DNA from: Promethearchaeia archaeon
GTDB lineage: Archaea; Asgardarchaeota; Lokiarchaeia; Sigyniarchaeales; SOKP01
Assembly: GCA_029856105.1 (NCBI GenBank)
Contig: JAHQWH010000015.1
Coordinates: 32,001-96,000 of the forward strand
Direction: 5' to 3'
DNA length: 64,000 nt
Shown: one piece after another, positions 9,434 to 18,566 of the stretch
Layout of the letters: each line of letters opens with the position of its first letter
Numbering within the stretch: the stretch's first letter is position 1
Made by a program: the position numbers and the translations under genes
The notes under the pieces: model-generated
Told to the model about the DNA's origin: nothing
Databases searched by the model: none
The model's input: only the letters and a program-made list of their open reading frames with translations

Positions 9434-11155
9434 ATGAGCGATTTAATAATAAAAAATGGCTTAGTTTACGACCCTTTGAACGATATCGACGGCGAGAAGA
9501 AGGATATCTACGTCAAAGATGGCGTGGTTGTTAATAAAGTTAATGGAGACGCCAAAGTTATCGATGCCACGGGCATGATAATTATGCCGGGAGGAGTTGA
9601 TATTCATTCACACATCGCCGGGGCAAAAGTTAATGCTGGACGAACATTACGACCGGAAGATAAAGTGCCAGAAAGTAACGAGAAAAAAACTAAAATAAGG
9701 CGATCTGGCACAGGATTTAGCGTACCAAGTACATGGGCTACGGGTTATAGATACGCCACGTTAGGATATACGACCGTATGTGAACCTGCTATGCCTTTAT
9801 TGGAAGCTCGACATACTCACGAAGAGTTTTTAGAAACTCCTATTATCGATAAACTCGCAATGCCAATCCTTGGAAATAACTGGTATGTCCTCAAATTTGT
9901 AAGGGAGAAAGATATCGAAAAGTTAGCAGCGTACGTAAACTGGATTATGAAAGTTACGAAAGGTTATGCGATTAAAATAGTCAATCCAGGAGGTGTAGAA
10001 AATTGGGCTTGGGGTAAGAATTGCGATAGCGTAGACTCTCCAGTTTTGCATTGGGATGTTACACCAAGGCATATTGTCGAAAGTTTAGCAAAAGCAAACG
10101 AATTATTAGGATTACCACATTCAATTCATGTCCATTGTAATAATTTAGGTCACCCTGGAAATTACGAGCATTCAATAGAAACCTTTAAAATTTGCGAAGG
10201 AATCGAACCCTATGGTGAAAGAGAAAGATCACTTCATGTTACCCACTGCCAATTCAATGCGTATGCCGGCACAAATTGGGGTGATTTTGAATCAGGAGCA
10301 TCCCAAATAGCAGAGTATGTCAATTCGCACAAACACATGTCTTTGGATGCCGGCCAAGTTGTTTTTACAAAATACGCTACGACAACGATGACGGGCGACG
10401 GTCCTTGGGAACACGCTCTCCACCATCTCGGAGGGATGAGTCCTTGGGGCGCAAAACCAGGTATGAAATGGATAAACGGTCAAGTCGAAGGGGAGTCAGG
10501 ATCGGGAGTAGTACCCTATTTCTTCTCTCCGAAAACGGGAGTAAACGCCGTCCAATGGGCAATTGCCCTCGAGTTAATGCTCTTAATCAAAGATCCTTGG
10601 CAGATTAGCCACACGACAGACCATCCCAACGGAGCGCCATTTACGACTTATCCTATTGTATTCAAATGGTTAATGGATCGCAAATCCCGAAAAGATATGC
10701 TAGAGAATGTTGTCTCAAAGAAAGCAAGTACAGCGTCAACGCTTCCAGATTTAGACCGAGAATACACTCTAAATGAGTTGTGCATCGTCACGAGAGCAGG
10801 AAACGCAAAAACCTTAGGGTTAAAAGATCGAGGTCATCTTGGCGTTGGTGCAATCGGTGATGTGGCGATTTATAAATTAGATCCTGAAAAGATGGATGGA
10901 CATTCAATTGAGAAAGCGTTTTCGAGAGCAGCGTATACGATAAAAGAAGGTCAAATAGTGGTAAAAAACGGAGAAATCATGGCAACACCTATGGGAACAT
11001 TAATTCGCGCTGAAGGGAAAATTAAGGAAAGCGTTCACGAAGATATGATGGAAGACGTGAAAGCTTCTTGGCGGGACCACTACAGCATTAATTTTAACAA
11101 TTACGCGGTACAAGACGCGTACGCTCCTAAAGAAAAGATTATTAATGGAGCTTAA
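9434..11155 (+). CDS. fwdA: Formylmethanofuran dehydrogenase subunit A
   Basis: PGGVDIHSHIAG, KIVNPGG, HSIHVHCNNLG, TTDHPNG. Confidence 0.95.
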   Translation: MSDLIIKNGLVYDPLNDIDGEKKDIYVKDGVVVNKVNGDAKVIDATGMIIMPGGVDIHSHIAGAKVNAGRTLRPEDKVPESNEKKTKIRRSGTGFSVPSTWATGYRYATLGYTTVCEPAMPLLEARHTHEEFLETPIIDKLAMPILGNNWYVLKFVREKDIEKLAAYVNWIMKVTKGYAIKIVNPGGVENWAWGKNCDSVDSPVLHWDVTPRHIVESLAKANELLGLPHSIHVHCNNLGHPGNYEHSIETFKICEGIEPYGERERSLHVTHCQFNAYAGTNWGDFESGASQIAEYVNSHKHMSLDAGQVVFTKYATTTMTGDGPWEHALHHLGGMSPWGAKPGMKWINGQVEGESGSGVVPYFFSPKTGVNAVQWAIALELMLLIKDPWQISHTTDHPNGAPFTTYPIVFKWLMDRKSRKDMLENVVSKKASTASTLPDLDREYTLNELCIVTRAGNAKTLGLKDRGHLGVGAIGDVAIYKLDPEKMDGHSIEKAFSRAAYTIKEGQIVVKNGEIMATPMGTLIRAEGKIKESVHEDMMEDVKASWRDHYSINFNNYAVQDAYAPKEKIINGA

Positions 11156-11278
11156 ACTAACTTCTTTTTTATCTTTTAATATTCAAGATAAGTCATAAAT
11201 AGATTTATATTTCATAATAAACAAAGAATCTTACTTCATGTTATTATTTTTTCTTTAAAGGGGGTAACTCAAGTAAGT

Positions 11279-11932
11279 ATGGATAATTTAGACGATTATG
11301 TCTTAAGTGTTCAGAATTATAAAGAAGGGAATTATGAATACGAGACTATAACTTCAATATTGGATGTTATAAAAGCTATAGAAAGCGGAAAGAAATTCGT
11401 TTTCCTTGAGGTTGGTGCTATATCATTAATTATAGTTGGATTCGTCTTTTTTATTTTAGTATTGATACTAACAACAATTTTTTATTATTTTATGTATATA
11501 TCTCTGGGTTTTATTCTATTTACTTTCTTTTTTTTTCTTCTACTTTTCGGAATTTTTGCTATTCCAATTCTTAAAATATTTATAATTCCAGGGTTTCTGA
11601 TGTTACGCACCCCCTTTATAGTTTTAGGCGCAGAAGGAATTGTATATAAATTGAAGACTGGTGGTATTAAAGGATTTAATTGGGAAGAGATTAGTATGGA
11701 TGTTGTTGAGGAAACATCGGACCTGAAGTTAAATTCTATGAGTTCATTTCAAATTTACTTCTCAATGCCAAATAGTGATTTTTTCAATTTTGGTGCAGGG
11801 GACTATTCATTGAAAGAATTTCCAGATATAAAGCAAATTGGATGCGGTAAAGCTAAAGCTCTATTTTTATTTACATTTGTGAATTATTATAATTATGGAA
11901 AAAAGGGATCGTTTGAAGCACAAAATTTTTAA
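11279..11932 (+). CDS. Hypothetical membrane protein (2 TM plus soluble beta-rich domain)
   Basis: TM hairpin followed by FIVLGAEGIVYK...FNWEEI; similar to next gene. Confidence 0.7.
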   Translation: MDNLDDYVLSVQNYKEGNYEYETITSILDVIKAIESGKKFVFLEVGAISLIIVGFVFFILVLILTTIFYYFMYISLGFILFTFFFFLLLFGIFAIPILKIFIIPGFLMLRTPFIVLGAEGIVYKLKTGGIKGFNWEEISMDVVEETSDLKLNSMSSFQIYFSMPNSDFFNFGAGDYSLKEFPDIKQIGCGKAKALFLFTFVNYYNYGKKGSFEAQNF

Positions 11933-11953
11933 ATTAATAGAGTTGTAAAAAAT

Positions 11954-12580
11954 ATGGTAAATAGTAATTCTTTAGATGAATTTAAAGAGGTATATTACAA
12001 ATATAAAAAAGGAAAATATACTTTTGGTAAATATGGGACAGGAGACCAAATTCAAAAGGCGTTCTTGGATGGAAAAATCTTTGTGTTAAGGGGAAGTGAT
12101 AAGATTTCTATCATTTGTATACTTATTATGTTAATTCTAGTTGTATCTTCGACTTTATACGTCGGTTTAGATGATGAATATATTATAATCGTTTTAACAT
12201 CACACGTAATCTCATCTTCTATTGTTGGTATTAGTGTAATTTTTATTCATATTATTTTAAAAAGGAGATTTATCGTTATAGGTCCTTCAGGAGTCTATTA
12301 TCGGAAAATCATTAAAACAGGCTACTTTCAATGGAGAGATGTGACCATTGCTGAAGGAACTATCCATACTACAAGAGGAGGAGGATATATGAGACCACCA
12401 ATGACAACCACCCAAATAACAATCATCTTGCCTAATGAAGAAAAAATTCGTTTCGAGTCAGGACCTTACGGAAACAAAGAATTTGTGAGAAAAGTCAAAC
12501 GAGTAATGTTTTTACGCCTTTTTCAAATTTATTCTAAGCTTGCAAAGGATACTATTGAAGCAAGGAGGACACAATATTAG
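11954..12580 (+). CDS. Hypothetical membrane protein, paralogue of 11279..11932
   Basis: TM hairpin then FIVIGPSGVYYR...FQWRDV. Confidence 0.7.
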   Translation: MVNSNSLDEFKEVYYKYKKGKYTFGKYGTGDQIQKAFLDGKIFVLRGSDKISIICILIMLILVVSSTLYVGLDDEYIIIVLTSHVISSSIVGISVIFIHIILKRRFIVIGPSGVYYRKIIKTGYFQWRDVTIAEGTIHTTRGGGYMRPPMTTTQITIILPNEEKIRFESGPYGNKEFVRKVKRVMFLRLFQIYSKLAKDTIEARRTQY

Positions 12581-12675
12581 ATTTCAAAACAAGCAACTGA
12601 TATTTTTGAACTATTTTTTTCCATACATTTTTATGAAGTGTTTATATATAACTAAAGCAATACTATATAATAGAA

Positions 12676-13365
12676 ATGTATAAAAAGACAGAACCAAGAG
12701 ATTATATCTGGGTAATTCCGTTAGTGGCGGGGGTTTTTGCAATAATTGCAATTTTATCCCCAACAGCTAATTTTAGTTATGAGGGTGTAACTTGGGCTTG
12801 GTGGATGTGGGACTTTACGACGATGGGTGTAGTGGGTTATGAGTCCATTAATTTATTCATTTCTGAGGTGGATTTTATTATACCTTCGATAATTGCTACT
12901 AGCGTTGTATTGCTTAGTGCGGTTAATTTATTGATACTTTCTATTAAAACAAGAAGGAGAAACTTAAGTATCAAGGGTTTTGAAGTAATGTCAATTATCA
13001 GCGCTGTTTTATCGATTGGTATAATGATCTATTACATTATTGCTATGGATATCGCATTTTACGATGGATTAACAATAGAAGGTACCATATTTCCAACAGG
13101 GTATCATTTTTGGGAAGTATTTAACCCAGGTTTTGGTATTATTTTGCCTTTTTTGAGTGCAATTTTATCTTTTGTAGGAGTTGGGGTATTTCGATATTAT
13201 TTAAAACGAAAAGAGGATATTATTCCACTTAAAACTGATACTATTAAAGAATATTTTCCAGTATCAAAAACAATAGGAAGTCTAAACTATTGTCCTGAAT
13301 GTGGATTTAAAATTCTACAGAATTTTGACGCGAAATTTTGCACTAATTGTGGCTTTAAATTTTGA
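12676..13365 (+). CDS. Membrane protein with C-terminal double zinc ribbon
   Basis: About 4 TM; CPECG...FCTNCG. Confidence 0.75.
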   Translation: MYKKTEPRDYIWVIPLVAGVFAIIAILSPTANFSYEGVTWAWWMWDFTTMGVVGYESINLFISEVDFIIPSIIATSVVLLSAVNLLILSIKTRRRNLSIKGFEVMSIISAVLSIGIMIYYIIAMDIAFYDGLTIEGTIFPTGYHFWEVFNPGFGIILPFLSAILSFVGVGVFRYYLKRKEDIIPLKTDTIKEYFPVSKTIGSLNYCPECGFKILQNFDAKFCTNCGFKF

Positions 13366-13537
13366 AATTCTATATCCAAAAATATTATCTTACACTATAA
13401 TCTTTACATCTAATAACTTAAAAAACTAAATAAGAGAAAAGATTTAAATAACAAAAAATTAATAGTTATGGTAAAGTAAGACAAAAGTAGGACACAACTT
13501 TTGAATCAAAATTTAAATAGTACGAATTAAATAAAAA

Positions 13538-13680
13538 AAATAAAATAGGGAAATAAAACCATGACTCCTGCACCGCCCTGGATTTTTGTCTTTTGGTAGT
13601 GCGTAAAGCACTCATCTAATACTCCCCCTATTTTATTTCTGACCTTCTTATTAGGTCTTGGTCGCAGGAGTCTCCCTTTT
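13538..13680. ncRNA. Candidate structured RNA element; strand uncertain
   Basis: GC-rich island in AT-rich spacer; stem 13563-13574/13660-13672 enclosing two hairpins. Confidence 0.4.
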
Positions 13681-13919
13681 CACATTGAAACTTCTTAAAG
13701 TCATTCTTTTTTAGATTTTAATTCAGAACTTTTTGATCTCGATCAATTATCAGAAAACACTTTTTAACTATTTTAACGCTTAATCTTAAAGAGATATAAA
13801 GATTTATTAGACAAATATTAAGAATTTGTGCTAAAATTTATATTATAAAGGCTCTTTTTTAAGCAATAAAGCTATTTCGAAAATATAATTTCATAATTAT
13901 TGAATAAACGTCAAGTTCA

Positions 13920-14324
13920 ATGAAAGGGTTAAAGAAAAGGCGGGAGTTTAAAACTTCGCTTGAAGACTTGTTAAAAGATATTATGGATAATATTGAAGGT
14001 GTGAAAGCAGCGCAACTAACTGCAGATACTGGTCAACCACTCGCCTCTATACTACCAACAAGTGCAGATGACATGCGATTAGCAGCCATGACTGCGGCAC
14101 ATTGTTCATTGAGTGAACGTGCTATTGGAGAAATGGGTCTTGGCGAATTTGAACAATCGTACATAAAAGGAAGTAAGGGATACATATTGATTTTACATGC
14201 CGGGGAAGATAAAGTTTTAAGTGTATCTACTACAAAAGACGTTAAACTCGCGCCAATCCTATACAAGCATTACAAACAACTAGAAGATGGCGACGAAATA
14301 GTAAGTAGTACGCCCCCTGTTTAA
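13920..14324 (+). CDS. Roadblock/LC7 (MglB-like) domain protein
   Basis: GVKAAQL...G.PLAS.LP...RLAAMTAA..SLSERA..E.G.GEFEQ.YIKGSKGYILI. Confidence 0.9.
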   Translation: MKGLKKRREFKTSLEDLLKDIMDNIEGVKAAQLTADTGQPLASILPTSADDMRLAAMTAAHCSLSERAIGEMGLGEFEQSYIKGSKGYILILHAGEDKVLSVSTTKDVKLAPILYKHYKQLEDGDEIVSSTPPV

Positions 14325-14342
14325 CGCCAATATTTCGTATAG

Positions 14343-15137
14343 TTAGGTCCTTAACCCTAATTCTTCTGGTGTTAAGTTATGAAATTTTTCATATCCAGGT
14401 AGAGTCATTCTTGTAAAAAATAGATATTTTAAATTATCCAAAAAATTATGCTTCTTTGGAAATTCGGAGTATCCCTCGTTAAATATTTGCTCCCGAAAAT
14501 TTTCTGTGAAGTGGCCTGTACTAAAAAATCTCCTTAAGAAAAGGAGTTTTCGAAAGATTCCTATTAATTTAGCACTGAATGGAGTTACTTGGCTTCTATG
14601 TTGAGACAATGCTTCAACGACGATTTGGATATCTTTCCATCTGCATTTTAATTTGAAATTGGGTTTGAAAGAGTAGTAATAAAAAACGCGTGTAGGTAAC
14701 TCGTTTTTGTTTAGTTTCTTAAGAGCAAAGAAAGGCAATCTACCAGCGTTTATGTGATCTGGATGATAATCAAGAGCATACCAAGGGTCTGGTGCAAATA
14801 AAATATCAGGTTTTTCAGTACGAATTATGTCAACAACTTTATTCAATGCCGATTTATTTATTGGAAGGTAACCATCGATATATCCTACTTTTAAAACTCG
14901 AACATGGTTTTTAGTGTATTTAGCGTACACATTATTTGCGTTTTCTAATTCTCTAGTTCGAATTCTTTTTAATCGAGCCCCCTTGAATTCTATGCGATGC
15001 GTTCCAAATTCACAATTAGTCATCAACACTTCTACAACTTCATTTCCTAACCTTAACGATTCTAGAAATGTAAACGGCACGCCAAATTCGATGTCGTCGA
15101 TATGTGGAGTAAAAAATAGAATTTTAAATCGCTTCAT
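14343..15137 (-). CDS. PIG-L/LmbE family deacetylase
   Basis: PHIDD, R..E, DG, YHPDH, HRSQ motifs. Confidence 0.85.
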   Translation of the reverse strand: MKRFKILFFTPHIDDIEFGVPFTFLESLRLGNEVVEVLMTNCEFGTHRIEFKGARLKRIRTRELENANNVYAKYTKNHVRVLKVGYIDGYLPINKSALNKVVDIIRTEKPDILFAPDPWYALDYHPDHINAGRLPFFALKKLNKNELPTRVFYYYSFKPNFKLKCRWKDIQIVVEALSQHRSQVTPFSAKLIGIFRKLLFLRRFFSTGHFTENFREQIFNEGYSEFPKKHNFLDNLKYLFFTRMTLPGYEKFHNLTPEELGLRT

Positions 15138-15161
15138 ATTCTTAAAAAAAATAAATTATAA

Positions 15162-16604
15162 TTATAACTTTTTATCTTCGATATCGATACCTAGTTCTCT
15201 TAACCGTTCGCGTATTACATCGCTTAGGTCGTAGAGTTTTTTATCTCTTAACTTAGCGCGTATTTCGATTATTAAATTAACGAGACTTTTGATGAGTTTA
15301 TCTTTCTCATCCATGCTTTTAAACGAGAAAGGTGTCATTTTAGCGTTTAAAGATGGAAAAATTCCGAAAATCTTTTCATTAAATTCTATAAATTTGAAAA
15401 ATCGATCCTTAAATTCTTGGTTTATTTTCAAGCCATCTTGTAGTATAGCTTTGTTAATTTCTCTAAATAACGTCAATAACTCTGCCAAGGCTACAGGAGT
15501 GTCAAAATCGTCTTCCATAGCGTCAATAATTTTGTTTTCTGCATTTTCGATTTTTGCAATTAACTCGTTAAGTTGCTTTGATTTCGATTCAGCAAATTCA
15601 GCATCGTTCACTTTTTTAATCGTGTTTATTAATCGGTTATAAGTATTTTTAGCTTGCTCCATGCTTTCAATAGTATAATTATTTGAACTTCGATAATGAC
15701 TCGATATCAAATACCAACGAATAACCATTGGGTCATATTGCTTGGCAATATCTGCTACTGTGAAAATGTTTCCGAGACTTTTAGACATTTTTTCATCTTT
15801 TACATTAACATAACCGTTATGAAGGAAATAATTCGCAATTTTTTTACCAGTGTAAGACTCAGACTGCGCGATTTCGTTCCTGTGGTGTGGAAATTTCAAG
15901 TCTTGACCGCCCCCGTGTATGTCAATTGTTTCTCCTAAAAAGTTCAAGATCATAGCAGAACATTCAATGTGCCATCCAGGACGCCCCTCACCCCAGGGGC
16001 TTTCCCAAAAAGGCTCTCCTTCTTTCATCTTTTTCCACAACGCAAAATCTCGACTATCTAACTTATCTTCTCCAAATGCAGTATCTTGATCCACTACATA
16101 ATCTTCTTCTTCGCTTTCCTTTCCTTCATCTTTACTCTTTTGAAGAATAGAACTATATCCAGGAAACGATTTAACTGAGAAGTATACGGACCCATTTTTC
16201 TCGTAAGCGTGTCCCTTAGAAATTAATTCTTTAATAAAATTAATTATAAAATCTATTACTTCGGTTGCGCGTGGATTTCGCGTATCATGCTCGACATTGA
16301 GCATTTCCATGATTTCCTCATATTCAGCGATATAATGATCGCTTAAAGTCCTGAAATCGATGTTTCTCTCTTTAGAACTCTTAATTATTTTATCGTCAAT
16401 ATCAGTATAATTTTTTACTATATTAACTTTATAGCCCTTAAACTTTAAATACCTGTGAATTAAATCAAAAGCGACTGCGGACTTTGCGTGACCAAGGTGA
16501 GGCGAACCATATACTGTAACGCCACAAACATACATCTTGACTTTTCCGGGTTCGATTGGCTTAAATTCTTCCTTTTTAAACGTTAAGCTATTATAAACTT
16601 TCAT
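15162..16604 (-). CDS. cysS: Cysteine--tRNA ligase
   Basis: YVCGVTVY, HLGH, DFALWK, GRPGWHIEC, HGGGQDLKFPHH, KMSKS. Confidence 0.97.
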   Translation of the reverse strand: MKVYNSLTFKKEEFKPIEPGKVKMYVCGVTVYGSPHLGHAKSAVAFDLIHRYLKFKGYKVNIVKNYTDIDDKIIKSSKERNIDFRTLSDHYIAEYEEIMEMLNVEHDTRNPRATEVIDFIINFIKELISKGHAYEKNGSVYFSVKSFPGYSSILQKSKDEGKESEEEDYVVDQDTAFGEDKLDSRDFALWKKMKEGEPFWESPWGEGRPGWHIECSAMILNFLGETIDIHGGGQDLKFPHHRNEIAQSESYTGKKIANYFLHNGYVNVKDEKMSKSLGNIFTVADIAKQYDPMVIRWYLISSHYRSSNNYTIESMEQAKNTYNRLINTIKKVNDAEFAESKSKQLNELIAKIENAENKIIDAMEDDFDTPVALAELLTLFREINKAILQDGLKINQEFKDRFFKFIEFNEKIFGIFPSLNAKMTPFSFKSMDEKDKLIKSLVNLIIEIRAKLRDKKLYDLSDVIRERLRELGIDIEDKKL

Positions 16605-16657
16605 GATAATTTTTACACCTTAAAAGAGCGTACTATTAGCGATAAGATGGGTATAAG

Positions 16658-16766
16658 AGCCAGCGATGGGATTTGCACCCATGATGCTGAAAGCAACGGC
16701 TCTGCAGGCCGCCTCCTTACTACTCCCGCAACCAAGATAAATCTTGGTCATCTCGGATACGCTGGC
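16658..16766 (-). tRNA. tRNA-Cys(GCA) with 29-nt D-loop intron (16723-16751) and long variable arm
   Basis: Acceptor GCCAGCG/CGCTGGC plus U73; anticodon arm GCGGC-CTGCAGA-GCCGT; T arm ATGGG-TGCAAAT-CCCAT; CCA not encoded. Confidence 0.9.
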
Positions 16767-16932
16767 AAATTTTTATTTTTTATTTATTTTTTTTAAAAAT
16801 CAATGTTTATTAATTTTAAAAAGTAAATTATGCTAAAAATTTTGTTGTTAATGTGATAAAAATGTTTGTTCTAACTCTTTAATTCTATTCATTAAAACTA
16901 GAAATAATATAAAAAAATTTAGATCAAATTGG

Positions 16933-17460
16933 CTATTTAAAACATTTTCCACAACATTGACCATTTAAATTTGAATTTAAACTACAACTATCGAAATTAA
17001 AATCAAATGGCAAAACAAAATCATTCGTAACATCGGTTATTATGTCCACATAAACCGAAGAGACGTTAGAATTCTTTCTAAAGTGATTATTAACCATCTC
17101 ATCAATATTAGCTAGTTTAGTACCTATTACAAGAACACTGAGATTATAAGTGCCACTTAATCGAAATGCGTTTAGCATGTAAGGACAGTGTTTAACTAAT
17201 TCTATGGTTTTGTTTGGTTCTAAAGATTGAATTTCAACTCGTGCAAGGATTAAATCCATGGTTTTAACATTTATACCCGCTTGAAATTTTAAGACTCCCG
17301 CTTTTTCAAGCTTCCGAATCCTCATTCCGATCGTTGGTTGGCTCCGATCAACTCTTTTTGCGATTTCTGTATGAGTAAGCGTAGGCTCCTTTTGAATTAT
17401 TTCAATTATATTCTTATCAATCTCGTCTATTTTAAAGACTTGACTTTCCATTATCTCCAT
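16933..17460 (-). CDS. Lrp/AsnC family regulator with Cys-rich tail
   Basis: IDEIDKNII...EIAKRV.RSQPTI..RIRKLE..GV HTH, RAM domain, tail CCGKC. Confidence 0.88.
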   Translation of the reverse strand: MEIMESQVFKIDEIDKNIIEIIQKEPTLTHTEIAKRVDRSQPTIGMRIRKLEKAGVLKFQAGINVKTMDLILARVEIQSLEPNKTIELVKHCPYMLNAFRLSGTYNLSVLVIGTKLANIDEMVNNHFRKNSNVSSVYVDIITDVTNDFVLPFDFNFDSCSLNSNLNGQCCGKCFK

Positions 17461-17625
17461 CTTAAATTTTTAATTTTTTACTTATATTCATTAATAACGA
17501 TATGCCGATATATAAATGTTACGATGGTTTATTAATAAAATATTAATTAATATTAATAAATCATTAAAAATATCTTTAAAAGCGATTAAAATCAATATAC
17601 CTAAAATACGATAGGATATTATTAA

Positions 17626-17961
17626 ATGAGTGAAAGTAAAATAGAGTTTATTGAGTTTTTAAGAGTTTTAGCAGATCAGACTCGATTAGATATACTAGAT
17701 TTATTGCGATATGAGAAAAAGACTTCTTCTGAAATTCAAACAGCCTTAGACAAGTCTCAATCTACAATTTCTCAACACTTAAAGGCTCTAAGTAACAAAA
17801 ATCTCATTATTTTTGATAAAAATAATAATGTTAAGTCCTATAAAATTAAGGATCCAAATATCTTTAAGCTCTTAGAAGAAATTAAATCTTTTGTTGTAAA
17901 AATTAATCAAGAAAAACTCAAAGACTTGAGAGATTTAGACGTAATAGATACGTTATCGTGA
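17626..17961 (+). CDS. ArsR/SmtB family regulator
   Basis: LADQTRLDIL...SQSTISQHLKAL. Confidence 0.9.
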   Translation: MSESKIEFIEFLRVLADQTRLDILDLLRYEKKTSSEIQTALDKSQSTISQHLKALSNKNLIIFDKNNNVKSYKIKDPNIFKLLEEIKSFVVKINQEKLKDLRDLDVIDTLS

Positions 17962-17988
17962 TTAATCGATTTTTAATCCCTTATTTAA

Positions 17989-18540
17989 ATGAATACAGCG
18001 ATGAGAGAAAACACAACAATTAACGCAAAAAAAGTATTAATCATGGGGTTAGATAATTCCGGTAAAACATCTATCGTATTATGTTTGAGGGGTGTGAAGA
18101 ATCTTTCGTCGTTTTCCTCGCTAAATCCTACGAGAGGGTTTAAGATCAATAAATTCCAAGCATTAGGCTCAGAATATAGCATCTGGGATTTCGGTGGGCA
18201 AGAACAATTTCGAGAGGGTTATTTAAACGACTTTCAAAACCACATAAAAAAAACTAATAAGTTCATTTATGTTTTGGACATCCAAGATCAGGAGCGGTTT
18301 AATAAATCGTTAGACTACTTAGATAAAATCGTTATCCTATTAAGGAAACATAAAGTAAATATTGATTTCTCTATATTTTTACATAAATACGATCCAGATT
18401 TGGAATTCACAAATAAAGAATTTATTGATAAACTGGTTTCTGATTTAATCAGAAATATAAAAGAATTAATTCCAAACGATTTTACGTATCAAATTTACAA
18501 AACATCGATTTATACTGTTTTTCAAAAATTTGGAATATAA
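17989..18540 (+). CDS. Small GTPase, Rag/Arf-related (start may be 18001)
   Basis: G1 GLDNSGKT, G2 PT, G3 WDFGGQ, G4 HKYD, G5 TSI. Confidence 0.92.
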   Translation: MNTAMRENTTINAKKVLIMGLDNSGKTSIVLCLRGVKNLSSFSSLNPTRGFKINKFQALGSEYSIWDFGGQEQFREGYLNDFQNHIKKTNKFIYVLDIQDQERFNKSLDYLDKIVILLRKHKVNIDFSIFLHKYDPDLEFTNKEFIDKLVSDLIRNIKELIPNDFTYQIYKTSIYTVFQKFGI

Positions 18541-18566
18541 AAAATAAGAAAAGGAATGGATATTTT

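Noticed and set aside
13466-13615. 49-codon minus-strand ORF MSALRTTKRQK... preceded by GGGGGAG
   Set aside because: Second half runs through low-complexity A/T tracts and has no recognisable motif; cannot be supported as a gene
16658-16766. tRNA-Sec interpretation of the long-arm tRNA
   Set aside because: Anticodon is GCA not UCA, the fold is 7/5 with a short D stem, and the discriminator is U
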